The translations under genes and the position numbers were made by a program. The notes beneath the pieces were generated by a model that saw only the letters and a program-made list of their open reading frames with translations, was not told the DNA's origin and did not search any database. Shown here piece by piece: positions 24,781-37,746 of a stretch of DNA of 64,000 bases. How positions within the stretch are numbered: the stretch's first letter is position 1; each line of letters starts with the position of its first letter. This DNA is from Anaeramoeba ignava BMAN (Eukaryota; Protista; Anaeramoebae): the NCBI GenBank assembly GCA_028826165.1, contig JAPDFW010000103.1, positions 496,001 to 560,000 on the forward strand, in the 5' to 3' direction.

Positions 24781-27700
24781 TTAATTATTAAGAGAATCAC
24801 ACCAATTCTTTATTGGAATACAATTTAAATATGTACAAACTTTACACCATTCAGAACCATTAATATTTTTGTAAAAAATTGAAAAACCAATTATGAAATA
24901 TAAACAAATACAAATTAAAGCAATTATTAAATTAATTTTTTTAATTTTTTTATCTGCAATATTTGGTAAAAATAAAGCACCAGCCATTATCCCCATAATA
25001 AAACCTCCTAAATTATATATTAAATATTAAATATTTGATTATTAAATATTGATTATTAAATATTTGATTATTAAATATTTGATTATTAAATATTGATTAT
25101 TAAATATTAAATATTTGATTATTAAATATTAATTATTAAATATTCATTATTAAATATTGATTATTAAATATTTGATTATTAAATATTGATTATTAAATAT
25201 TGATTATTAAATATTGATTATTAAATATTGATTATTAAATATTTATTATTAAATATTTGATTATTAAATATTTGATTATTAAATATTGATTATTAAATAT
25301 TAATTATTAAATATTAAATATTTGATTATTAAATATTAAATATTAAATATTAAATATTTGATTATTAAAATATTAAATATTTGATTATTAAATATTAAAT
25401 ATTAAATATTTGATTATTAAATATTTGATTATTAAATATTGATTATTAAATATTTGGTTATTAAATATTGATTATTAAATATTGATTATTAAATATTCAT
25501 TATTAAATATTGATTATTAAAATATTGATTATTAAATATTTGATTATTAAATATTAATTATTAAATATTTATTATTAAATATTGATTATTAAATATTGAT
25601 TATTAAATATTGATTATTAAATATTAATTATTAAATATTTGATTAATAAATATTAAATATTAAATATTTGATTATTAAATATTTGATTATTAAATATTTG
25701 ATTATTAAATATTTGATTAATAAATATTAAATATTAAATATTGATTATTAAATATTGATTATTAAATATTTGATTATTAAATATTGATTATTAAATATTA
25801 AATATTAAATATTGATTATTAAATATTAATTATTAAATATTAATTATTAAATATTAAATATTAAATATTTATTATTAAATATTGATTATTAAATATTTGA
25901 TTATTAAATATTTGGTTATTAAATATTTGGTTATTAAATATTGATTATTAAATATTTAATACCTAAATGAGAAAAATTATCAATAATAGGAAAAAGACCT
26001 GTTATGAAAGAAGTAAGAATAACAATTAAAAGACGAATTAAGCCACGTTTTGGAGATTCAATCATTTTCCAATTTCTAGAAAGATCAACAACCATAAATC
26101 CTAATAATCCAAAAAGAGCACTAGAAGATCCAACTGAAACAACATTTGGAAGAAATATCGCACTTAATAAATTACCACTTATTCCTGTTAAGAAATAAAT
26201 TATTGCTATTCTTAAACCTCCAAAATATCTTTCTAATTGAAACCCATATATAATTTGAAACCAAAGATTCAAAACTAAATGAATAATTCCAGCATGAAGA
26301 AATATTGCTAAATAAAATCTATAAAATTGACCTTGTCTTATTTTTGGAGTATCTAATTTATAAATATTATATTAATTTATAAATATTATATTAATTTATA
26401 AATATTATATTAATTTATAAATATTATATTGATTTATAAATATTATATTAATTTATAAATATTATATTGATTTATAAATATTATATTAATTTATAAATAT
26501 TATATTAATTTATAAATATTATATTAATTTATAAATATTATATTAATTTATAAATATTATATTAATTTATAAATATTATATTGATTTATAAATATTATAT
26601 TAATTTATAAATATTATATTGATTTATAAATATTATATTGATTTATAAATATTATATTGATTTATAAATATTATATTAATTTATAAATATTATATTAATT
26701 TACATTTTGCACCAAGTTCAACAAGAGTCATAGCACTTGGTCCAAAAAAAGGGTTTTGAGATAAAGGAGCAAATCCATGATTATAAATAACCTCAATAAT
26801 TAAAATAATAATTTGACAAATTGTTAAAAATATCATAACACTTGGAGGATAAGTTTTCACAATTAAATTTTCATTATCTAAACCCATTTGTATTTCAGCA
26901 ACATTTGTAACTTTAAATGATGAGAATTTATATCTTTTTGATTTTGTATTTAAATTGGAATTATTTGATTTTGAAATTTTTTCTGATTGTCCTAATTCAT
27001 CATTACTTTCATTTGATAAATCAACATGAGACCATAATTCTTTGTGATTTTGTTCTTGTAAAGTAGATTCGTTTTCGATTTCTTGATCTTCATTTTCAGA
27101 AAAAGAAGATAATTTTATTAATTGAAAAGAATCTAATTCCAGTAATTGAATTTGATTTTGATTTTGATTTTGATTTTGATTTTGATTTTGATTTTGATTT
27201 TGATTTTGGTTTTGATTTTGATTTTGGTTTTGAATTTGAATTTGATTTTGATTTTGATTTTGATTTTGGTTTTGATTTTGATTTTGATTTTGATTTTGAT
27301 TTTGATTTTGATTTTGATTTTGATTTTGATTTTGATTTTGATTTTTATTTTTATTTTGAATTTTATTTTCATTTTTATTTGTATTTTGATTTTGATTTTG
27401 ATTTTGATTTTGATTTTCATTTTGATTTTGATTTTGATTTTGATTTTCATTTTGATTTTGATTTTGATTTTGATTTTGATTTTGATTTTGATTTTGATTT
27501 TGATTTTGATTTTGATTTTGATTTTGATTTTGATTTTGATTTTAATTTTGATTTTGATTTTGATTTTGATTTTGATTTTGATTTTGATTTTGATTTTTAT
27601 TTTTATTTTTATTTTGATTTTGATTTTTATTTTTATTTTTATTTTGATTTTTATTTTGATTTTTGATTTTGATTTTGTATTTTGATTTTGATTTTGATTT

Positions 27701-28840
27701 TTTAATTTGATTTTGATTTTGATTTTGATTTTTATTTTTATTTTTGATTTTTTTGATTTTTGATTTTTGATTTTGATTTTGATTTTGATTTGTATTTTTA
27801 TTTTGATTTTGATTTTGATTTTGATTTTGATTTTGATTTTGATTTTGATTTTGATTTTGATTTTTGATTTTGATTTTGATTTTGATTTTGATTTTGATTT
27901 TGATTTTGATTTTGATTTTTTTGATTTTTATTTTTTTTTTTGATTTTGATTTTGATTTTGATTTTGATTTTTGATTTTGATTTTATTTTGATTTTGATTT
28001 TGATTTTGATTTTGATTTTGATTTTGATTTTGATTTTGATTTTGATTTTTATTTTGATTTTGATTTTGATTTTGATTTTGATTTTGATTTTGATTTTGAT
28101 TTTGATTTTGATTTTGATTTTGATTTTGATTTTTGATTTTGATTTTGATTTTGATTTTGATTTTGATTTTATTTTGATTTTGATTTTGATTTTTTGATTT
28201 TGATTTTGATTTTGATTTTGATTTTGATTTTGATTTTGATTTTGATTTTGATTTTGATTTTGATTTTGATTTTGATTTTGATTTTGATTTTGATTTTGAT
28301 TTTGATTTTGATTTTGATTTTGATTTTGATTTTGATTTTTGATTTTGATTTTTTGATTTTGATTTTGATTTTGATTTTGATTTTGATTTTGATTTTGATT
28401 TTGATTTTGATTTTGATTTTGATTTTGATTTTTGATTTTGATTTTTGATTTTTATTTTGATTTTTGATTTTGATTTTGATTTTGATTTTGATTTTGATTT
28501 TGATTTTGATTTTGATTTTGATTTTGATTTTGATTTTGATTTTGATTTTGATTTTATTTTGTATTTGATTTTGATTTTGATTTTGATTTTGATTTTTATT
28601 TGTATTTTTATTCTCGTTTTGATTTGTATTGGTATTTTGAATTAAATTTTGAATAGTAAGTGTTTTTTTAAAATTTGAATTTTGTTTATTATTATTATTA
28701 TGATGACTGTAATGAGAATGTTTTTTTTGTTGATAAATAATTGAAGGATTGTTTCCAAAAGTTTGTAAAGTTTTATTTTTTTGAATTTGTGGTTGTTTGT
28801 TTATTGAAAGAATTAAAGATTTTTTATTAAAATCAATCAT
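24781..28840 (-). CDS. Rhomboid-family intramembrane serine protease with a long low-complexity N-terminus (5' end uncertain)
   Basis: Spliced: NPFFGPSAMTLVELGAKYTPKIRQGQFYRFYLAIFLHAGIIHLVLN...LERYFG...VSVGSSSALFG (GxS)...IDNFSHLGGFIMG (His)...WCKVCTYLNCIP. An acidic open frame extends upstream to ~27150, then a (QN)-type repeat to the ATG at 28840. Confidence 0.82.
26353..26703 (-). repeat. Rhomboid intron made entirely of a 19-bp tandem repeat (ATAAATTAATATAATATTT, ~18 units)
   Basis: Visible units run from the GT donor to the AG acceptor. Confidence 0.88.
27150..28600. repeat. (ATTTTG)n microsatellite, probably exonic, read as (Gln-Asn)n on the minus strand
   Basis: Flanked on both sides by Q/N-rich open frames; no GT donor on the sense strand within or immediately before the tract. 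Confidence 0.75.
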
Positions 28841-29189
28841 TTTTTTAAAAAGAAAAAATAAATTAAAAAAAGAAAAAAAATAAAAAAGAGAAAAATAAAT
28901 TTTTTTTTTCTTTTTTTTTTTAATTAAAAATTTTTTTTTTATTTGAATTATTTTTTTTCATTTTTTCTATTTTTTTTTTTTCTTTTAATTTGATCAATTT
29001 ATTTTAATTTTTTTATTGGGAAAAAAACACAAAAAGAAAAAGAAAACTTAAAAAACCAAATAAAAAAAATAAAATAAAAAACAAAATAATACAAACTGAA
29101 CTAATAAAAGAAAGCAAATTTTTTTTGAACAATAAAAATATATAAAAAAAATATATAGAAAAATAAAAAAAGAAAAGAAAAATCTAAAA

Positions 29190-32100
29190 ATGGTTGATCG
29201 AAAAGAAATTGAAGAAAATTGTCGAGAAGGAAAAATAGAAAAATTCCAAAAATACATTTCCGATGGAATTTTAAAGAAACCAGAAGCAACTCAAGCAATA
29301 AAATTTGCAATTCAATACAAAAAAAAAGAAGTATTTCAACTTCTTGTTGATTTAGATTTTGAATTTGATTTCCAAGAAAAAGAAAATGGTTTTTCTCTTT
29401 TACATTATGCTGTTTATTTTGGAGTTACTTCTTTTTTTCAAGATTTATTATCAAAAGGGACTGATCCTAATTTACAAGATGTTTCTGGATTGTAAGTTAT
29501 TTTTTTCAAATTCAAATTAAAATTCAAATTAAAATTCATTTATAAAATTAAAATTCAATTTAAAATTAATATTAAAATTAAAATTCACACTTTATAAAAA
29601 TTCAAATTTAAAATTCATTTATAAAATTCATTTATAAAATTAAAATTAAAATTAAAATTAAAATTAAAATTAAAATTAAAATTAAAATTAAAATTAAAAT
29701 TAAAATTAAAATTAAAATTAAAATTAAAATTAAAATTAAATTTAAATTAAAATTAAAATTAAAATTAAAATTAAAATTTAAAATTAAAAATTAAAATTAA
29801 ATTTAAAATTAAAATTAAAATTAAAATTAATATTAAAATTCGGATAAAAATTAAAATCAAATTCAATTTCAAATTTAAATTAAAATTCAAATTAAAATTT
29901 CAAATTTAAATTAAAATTCAAATTCAAATTAATATTAAAATTAAAATTAAAATTAAAATTAATTTTAAATTTAAAATTCGGATAAAAATTAAAATTAAAA
30001 TTAAATCATTAAAATTAAAAATTAAAAATTAAAATTAAAATTAAAATTAAAAATTAAAAATTAAAATTAAAATTAAAATTAAAATTAAAATTAAAATTAA
30101 AATTAAAATTAAAATTAAAATTCAAATTAAAATTAAAATTAAAATTAAAATTAAAATTAAAATTAAAATTAAAATTAAAATTAAAATTAAAATTAAAATT
30201 AAAATTAAAATTAAAATTTGAATTTATTAAAGAACACCACTTCATTTAGCTGTGAAACTACAAAAAACAGAATCAGTTCGAGAATTAGCAAAAAAATCAA
30301 GTGTAAAAAGTGTTTCAGATTTTTATGGAGATTTACCGATACATTCTGCATGTGTTATAGGAAATGAAGAAATATGCGAAATTCTAATAAAAAATAATCA
30401 TGCATTTGAAAACAAAAGCAATTCAAATGGATATTTGCCTGTTCATCTTGCAGCAATCAATCGCAAACTAAATATTTTGAAATTATTAGCTAAACATAAG
30501 TTTTCTTTTGATACTCTTTCAACAGAAAAAAAAACTCCACTTCATTATTCAGTTAAAAATGAAGATATTGAAAGTGTCAAATTTTTATTGAATCAAGAAA
30601 TTTCAGTTGATGTTGAAGATTCAAATGGAAAAACTCCACTTGTAATTGCTCAACAATTACATGCAAATGAAATTTGTAATCTTCTTTTACAAAAAGGTGC
30701 AAAAAGTCCTATTCATGAATTTTGTATTAATCAACAACAAGAAAAAATTGAAAAGTTGTTGCAATCAAATAATGTTGAAATTGAAGGTTTATATTTTATA
30801 TTTATATATTTTATATTTAATATTTATATATTTATTTTATTTATATTTTTATATTTAGCACTTGATAGAAGTGAAAGAAAACCTATTCATTGGGCAGGTA
30901 AATTAAGATTAAGATTAAAATTAAAATTAAAATTAAAATCAAAATTCGGATAAAAAATTAAAATTAAAATTCGGATAAAAAATTTAAATCAAAATTAAAA
31001 TTAAAATTAAAATTTAAATCAAAATTAAAATTAAAATTAAAATTAAAATTTAAATCAAAATTAAAATTAAAATTAAAATTAAAATTAAAATTAAAATCAA
31101 AATCGAAATAATTAAAATTAAAATTAAAATTAAATTAAAATTAAATTAAAATTAAAATTAAAATTAAAATTAAAATTTAAAATTAAAATTAAAATTAAAA
31201 ATCAAAATTAAAATCAAAATTCGGATAAAAAATTAAAATTAAAATTAAAATTAAAATTAAAATTAAAATTAAAATTAAAATTTAAAATCAAAATTCGGAT
31301 AAAAAATTAAAATTAAAATTAAAATTCGGATAAAAAATTAAATTGAATTTAAAAAAATTTTGTAAAAAAGCAATGAAAGGATCAACAAAAATAGTGCAAC
31401 TATTAATCAAACATGGAGCATCATTAGACTCATACGATATAGATCATCTAACACCACTAATGCTATCTACAAGAAACGGATATGCAGAAACGACCCAAAC
31501 ACTTATAGAAAACGGAGCAGATTTAACACTTAAAGATAGCGATGGAAATAGTGTTCTTCATTACTCAATAATATATGGTCATTATGAAATAATACAGATG
31601 CTTCTAGAAAAGGGAGTATCACCGAATGAAAAAGATAACAAAGGAAAATTGCCGCTTCACATAGCGTGCGAGTCAGGAAACTATATATTTGTAAATAAAC
31701 TATTGGAATTTCACGCAGATTTAAATGCAATAAATAGTGAAAATCAAACACCATTGCATATCGCATGTAAAAATGGAAGAGTCAAAGCAACAGAGACGTT
31801 GCTTGGATTTAAATCGAAGAAGAAAATACAAATGGATCTAGTGGATAATGAAGGCAAAACAGCGTTTATTTACGCAGCAATAACAGGCAAAACGGCGTTA
31901 CTTAGCGCCCTTTTAAATTTTAAGCCTAACGTTAATATCGTTGACAAGGAAGGCATGACAGGGATCCATTACGTAATAAAAGCAGAGAATCACGAGGCAT
32001 TGCAATTTTTAATTGAGAGCAAAATTAAAATCAAGCCTCAAAAAGAAGCAAAACCATTTCTTGAATTTGCAGTTCTGGAAAACAAGGGCGTGAAATGTCT

Positions 32101-34915
32101 CGAAATATTACTTGCAAATATGAAGCGCCCAAAACAACAGAAGGGCAAGGCAACACTGCTGCATCTTGCGGCGCGCAACTGCAAGATTGAGATCATGGAA
32201 AAATTAATTTTAAATGGGGAAAAAATCGATGAAAAAAACGTCGACGGCGATACACCTTTAAATATTTTAATTTCTAGCGGCGGTACGCACGCAATGATAC
32301 TCAAACTCCTTGAGAAAGGCGCGTCCGCAATTCTGGAGAATAACAAGGGCCAGACACCGCTACATCTTGCTGTGCTCAAAGGCTCAAAAGGTCTTGTCGA
32401 CTGTCTTTGCAACGAGTCAGTTGTCAACAAGAAGGACATTGACGGCTTCACTCCAATTCATTTGGCAAATATTAACGGTCATCTTGAAGTCGTTAATTTC
32501 CTCGCAGAAAAAGGCGCGACGTTGTCTGTTCACGAGGCGCTACTCAATAACGACTTGAAAACTGCTCGTGAACTGATCGAGAAAAAATTCCCGATCGACC
32601 CACTTGGAAAGTACGGCAAAAATGCCCTTCATATATGTCTAGAAAACAAGATCGAATCCCTCGTTCCCACAGTTCTTCGCCACTCATATTCCCTCGATAT
32701 CCCTACTGCAAACGCCCAGCATCCCATAATCCTAGCCTATCAATGGGGAAATGTTGACATTTGTAAGATGATCCTCGAGCACGGGATCAATTTCTCAACT
32801 CTTTCTCAGGAATGCCAAGCAATCATCTCAAAAAAACTCTACGACAACGACTGTGCAGATCTTGTTCTCTCTGAGATGAAGCGCAGTTTTGCTGCATATC
32901 AGTTTCTTACTACAGAAAAAAATTATTGCGACTCGTTGCATTTGCTTGTCAACGAAGTCATTATTCCTTTAAAGAAGCTGCGTATTCTCTCCCAAAAGGA
33001 AATTGACCTGATCTTCATAAACATCGAGGAGATCGCAGATTCCAACCACAAATTTCTGCAAGACCTCGAGAAGAGATTTGCCAAGTGGAGTATTCTTTCT
33101 GGGCTCGGCGACATTCTCCGAAAACATTCATATTTACTTTATAATTATCATAAATACAATGCGAATTTTGACATTTCAAAAAAAACGCTTTCAAACGTTT
33201 CCAAAAATCCCCAATTTGCAGATTTTCTCAAAAACACATATTCCAAAGAACAGTTCAAACGCACAGACATCCCATCAATCATGATCAAACCAGTTCAACG
33301 GATTGGGCACTATCTTTTACTCACTTCCGAGCTTCTCAAAAGAACTCCTCAAAATCATACAGACTATATAGACATGACCCAAGCAGAAAGTCTCTACCAA
33401 AGCATTGCGCTTCAACTCAACGAAAAAAAGCGCAAGGTCGAGCATCTTGAGAGAATCAAACAAATTGAGGAGCAAATCATCGGTTTGCCGTTCCCAATTT
33501 CTGAGAACGAACACAGAAAAATCATGATTGAAGGCAAAATTCGCGTCGATTCAAATCCAAATCAACCTCAAGACTTTAAATCACTTAACTCTCTTGTCCG
33601 CCAGAAATCGGACTCTTCTCATTTCATGAAAATCCCGAAAGACCGTTTTAGATCAGTTCATATCCCTTCAGAATCACTTTCTCAATTTAAAAATCAAAAT
33701 AAAGCCAATTTCGAAAATTTGATTGATTTCGATCCAAAATCTTTTATCAAAAAATCCAAGTCTCAAAACCCTTCAAATCGCAAAGTAAAATCTGCGCGAA
33801 AAAAGCAAGTTTTTTTATTAAACGATGTTCTGATCATCTGCAAAATTGCGAAAGGAAATACGTTTATTTTTGAAGAATCTGTTTCTGTTCTTTCCATTTT
33901 TGTTGATGAAAAAGATCCTCAAGATGATCATCTTGTTCTTAAAATTATTTCCCAAAATGGATTTTTGTGTTTTTTTATGGAAATTGAAAATGAAGTTCAT
34001 GTTTGGGAAGACAAATTCAAAGAAGCAATTGATTATTCTATTAAAATGTATCGTGAAGAAACTAAATTACAGATTCAAGAAAGCAAGGATGTTATAAAGA
34101 ATATTTTTAATTTAACTGATTCAATAGAAATTGGAACTGAAACTGAAACTGAAACTGAAACTGAAACCGAATCAAAAAATCAAGAAACTGAAGAAATTGA
34201 AGAAAATCAAGAAATTGAAGAAATCAATAAAAATGAAGAAATCAATAAAAATGAAGAAATCAATAAAAATCAAGAAAATCAAGAAAATCAAGAAATAAAA
34301 GAAAATAATGAAAATAATCAAGAAATAAAAGAAAATAATCAAAATATTGAAAATAATCAAGAAATAAAAGAAATAAAAGAAAATATTGAAAATAATCAAA
34401 ATAATCAAGAAATCAAAGAAAATAATGAAAATAATCCAATTATTAAACAAAATTCATTTATAAAAGAAAATAATCAACAAAATCCACTTATTAAACAAAA
34501 TTCATTTATAAAAGAAAATAATCAACAAAACCCACTTATTAAACAAAATTCATTTACTAAAGAAAATATTCAAAATAATCTATTTATTAAACAAAATTCA
34601 GCAATCAAAAAAAATATCTCAAAAAATATAAACCCAAATCTTAAACTGTTTTCTTGTCATTGCTTCTTCGTTAAAAAATTTCCTTTTAAAAATCCTAAAG
34701 TTAAATTGATCTCTTTTGTTGTTGTTCTCTTTTCTAGAAAACAAGTTCATTCTTTGATTGAAAATGAAAATTTTTGTAAATCAAAAAAAATTGAAACAGA
34801 AAGAAAAAGAATTTTAATCCAAAAAATTAGTAATTCTCCAAATTTTCCAATATTTTTTCAAGATACATTTCATCATCAACAAAAACATTTTCGATCAAAA
34901 AAGAAATTTAAATAA
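29190..34915 (+). CDS. Ankyrin-repeat protein with DH (RhoGEF) and PH domains; 4 exons
   Basis: Many TPLHxA ankyrin motifs; DH motifs QFLTTEKNYCDSL and IMIKPVQRIGHYLLLTSELLKRTP; PH-like RKKQVFLLNDVLIICK; N/E/Q-rich tail; GT-AG introns at ~29492, ~30788 and ~30898. Confidence 0.9.
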
Positions 34916-35035
34916 TAATTTTTAAAAATCAAAATCAAAATCAAATTCAAATTCAAATTCAAATTTTATTTTATTTTCTTTTTTTTTTAGTAAAAAAAAA
35001 AATTTCAATTTTTTAAATTTTTAATTTTAAATTTT

Positions 35036-37523
35036 TTAATCTATGAATGATAATTTAGGACAAGCTATTGTAAATTCATGTTCAAGTGGTGGATTTTCTG
35101 TAATCAATCCAGTTTGTGGAATATGTAATCTTTTTAATTCCTTTAAAACATCAAATTCATAATCAATATGAAAAGCTGAAGTTAATTGTCTTACAAATGC
35201 AATTTTTCCTTCTTTTGTTGAATGATATAAAAATTGCTAAATATATTTTTTAATTTAAATATTTATTTGATTTAAATATTTATTAATTTAAATATATTTA
35301 TTTGATTTATATATATTTATTTGATTTATATATATTTATTTGATTTAAATATATTTATTTTATTTAAATATATTTATTTTATTTAAATATATTTATTTGA
35401 TTTAATTATATTTATTTGATTTAAATATATTTATTTATTTAAATAATTTAATTTTAAATATTTATTTTATTTTGATTTTAATATATATTTATTTTCAAAT
35501 TAAAAATTTAATATTTTTATTTGATTTAAAATATTTTTTTAAATTTAATTTTGATTTAAATATATTTATTTAAATTTTTTTTTAAATTTATTTTATTGAT
35601 TTAAATATATTTATTTATTTGATTTAAATATATTTATTTATTTAATTTAAAATATATTTATTTTTTGATTTAAAATTATATTTATTTGAATTTAAATATA
35701 TTTATTTGATTTAAAAATATATTTATATTTGATTTAAATATATTTATTTGATTTAAATATATTTATTTAATTTGATTTAAAATATTTATTTATTTGATTT
35801 AAATATTAATTTTGATTTAAATATATTTATTTTGATTTAAAAATATATATATTTGATTTAAATATATTTTTATTTTATATTTTTGATTTAAATATATTTA
35901 TTTATTTAAATATATTTATTTTTGATTTAAATATATTTTTTTGATTTAAATATATTTATTTGATTTAAAAAATTAAATATTTATATATTTTTGATTTTAT
36001 ATATATTTATTTGATTTAAATATATTTATTTTGATTTAAATATATATTTATTTTGATTTAAATATATTTATTTGATTTAAATATATTTATTTGATTTATA
36101 TATTTTGATTTAAATATATTTATTTGATTTATATATATTTATTTGATTTAAATATATTTATTTGATTTTATATTTAAATTAAAAATATTTATTTTGATTT
36201 TATATATATTTATTTTGATTTAAAATATAATTTTTATATTTTTTGATTTAAATATATTTTATTTGATTTTAAATATTTATTTAATTTAAAATATATTTAT
36301 TTGATTTAAATATATTTATTTGATTTTAAATATATTTTATTTAATTTAAAATATATTTATTTTGATTTAAAATATTTATTTTTATTTAATTTGAAATATA
36401 TATATTTTATTTTAAAAATATATTTTTTATTTGATTTAAATATATTTATTTATTTTTATATATATTTATTTGATTTAAAATATATTGTTTATTTATTTTT
36501 GATTTATATATATTTATTTGATTTAAATATATTTATTTTTATTTTGGATTTAAATTTATTTTGATTTAAATATATTTATTTTGATTTAAATATATATTTA
36601 TTTTGATTTAAATATATTTATTTGATTTAAAATATATTTATTTTAATTTTTGATTTTAAATATATTTTTATTTTGATTTGAAAAATATTTATTTGATTTA
36701 AAATATTTGATTTATTTAAATATATTTATTTGATTTTAAATATATTTATTTGATTTAAAAATATATTTTTTAAATTTTTTGATTTATATATATATATTTT
36801 GATTTAAAATATATATTTTAAATATATTTTTGATTTAAAAATATTTATTTGATTTTTATTTTTTGATTTAAATATATTTATTTTATTTAAATTTAAATAT
36901 ATTTAAATATATTTTTTGATTTAAAAATATATTTATTTGATTTAAATATTTATTTGATTTAAATATATTTATTTGATTTAAATATTTATTTGATTTAAAA
37001 ATATATTTATTTGATTTAAATATATTTTGATTTACAATTTTTGGGATTCCGATTGAAAAAAGTCCAAACTCTTCATATAATTGTTCCAAATTTTCTTTTT
37101 CTGTTTTATCTTTACAATAAGTAATTATAAAAATTTGGTGTTTTTGAGAAAGTTTAGTTAAAGCTTGAATTGAATCATCAATTAAAACAATTTTATCATC
37201 TTGTTTTTTCCAGATAATCTAAATAATAAATTAATTTTTTAAATTAATTTTTTCAATTAATTTTTTCAATTAATTTTTTCAATTTAATTTTTTCAATTAA
37301 ATTTTTCAATTTAATTAAAATTTTTTCATTTTATTTGCAACAATAGTGAATTTATTTGATTTTCATTTGAAATTTTTGGTCGAATATATCTATCAAATAT
37401 ATTATATCTTCTTGGTCTTCTTCCATGTTTTTTTTTTAAGCAACTAATTATTTCATATAAAATTAATATAATAATCATAAAAAGTATTAAACTTGGTATT
37501 GGAATTTCTATTAAATTTCTCAT
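35036..37523 (-). CDS. PEX22: PEX22-like peroxin (N-terminal TM anchor); exon 1-2 junction needs a frameshift correction
   Basis: Hydrophobic N-terminal helix followed by basic residues. Exon 37218-37036 encodes IIWKK...ALTKLSQKHQIFIITYCKDKTEKENLEQLYEEFGLF. Exon 35236-35036 encodes QFLYHSTKEGKIAFVRQLTSAFHID, resembling from memory the plant PEX22 motif LFCSTExGRxSFVRQLEPDWHID. Confidence 0.62.
35240..37030. repeat. Degenerate ~19-bp intronic minisatellite (TTGATTTAAATATATTTAT)
   Basis: Visible; fills the intron of the PEX22-like gene; noisy in the middle. Confidence 0.8.
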
Positions 37524-37746
37524 TTTAATTTTAAATAGAAAAATTTTTTAATTCAATTATAAAAAATAAAAGGAAAAAAAATGAAAAAAAATGAAAAAAA
37601 TTTTTTTATTTTGTTTTTTTTTGAAGAATAAAAAAAAAAGAAATTAATTTTGATTGATTTGAATCAAAAATTTGAATTGTTGTAATTTTATAAAAAGAAA
37701 AAGGAAAAAGGAAAAAGTTGATTTTAAAAATTTATTGGAATTTAAT

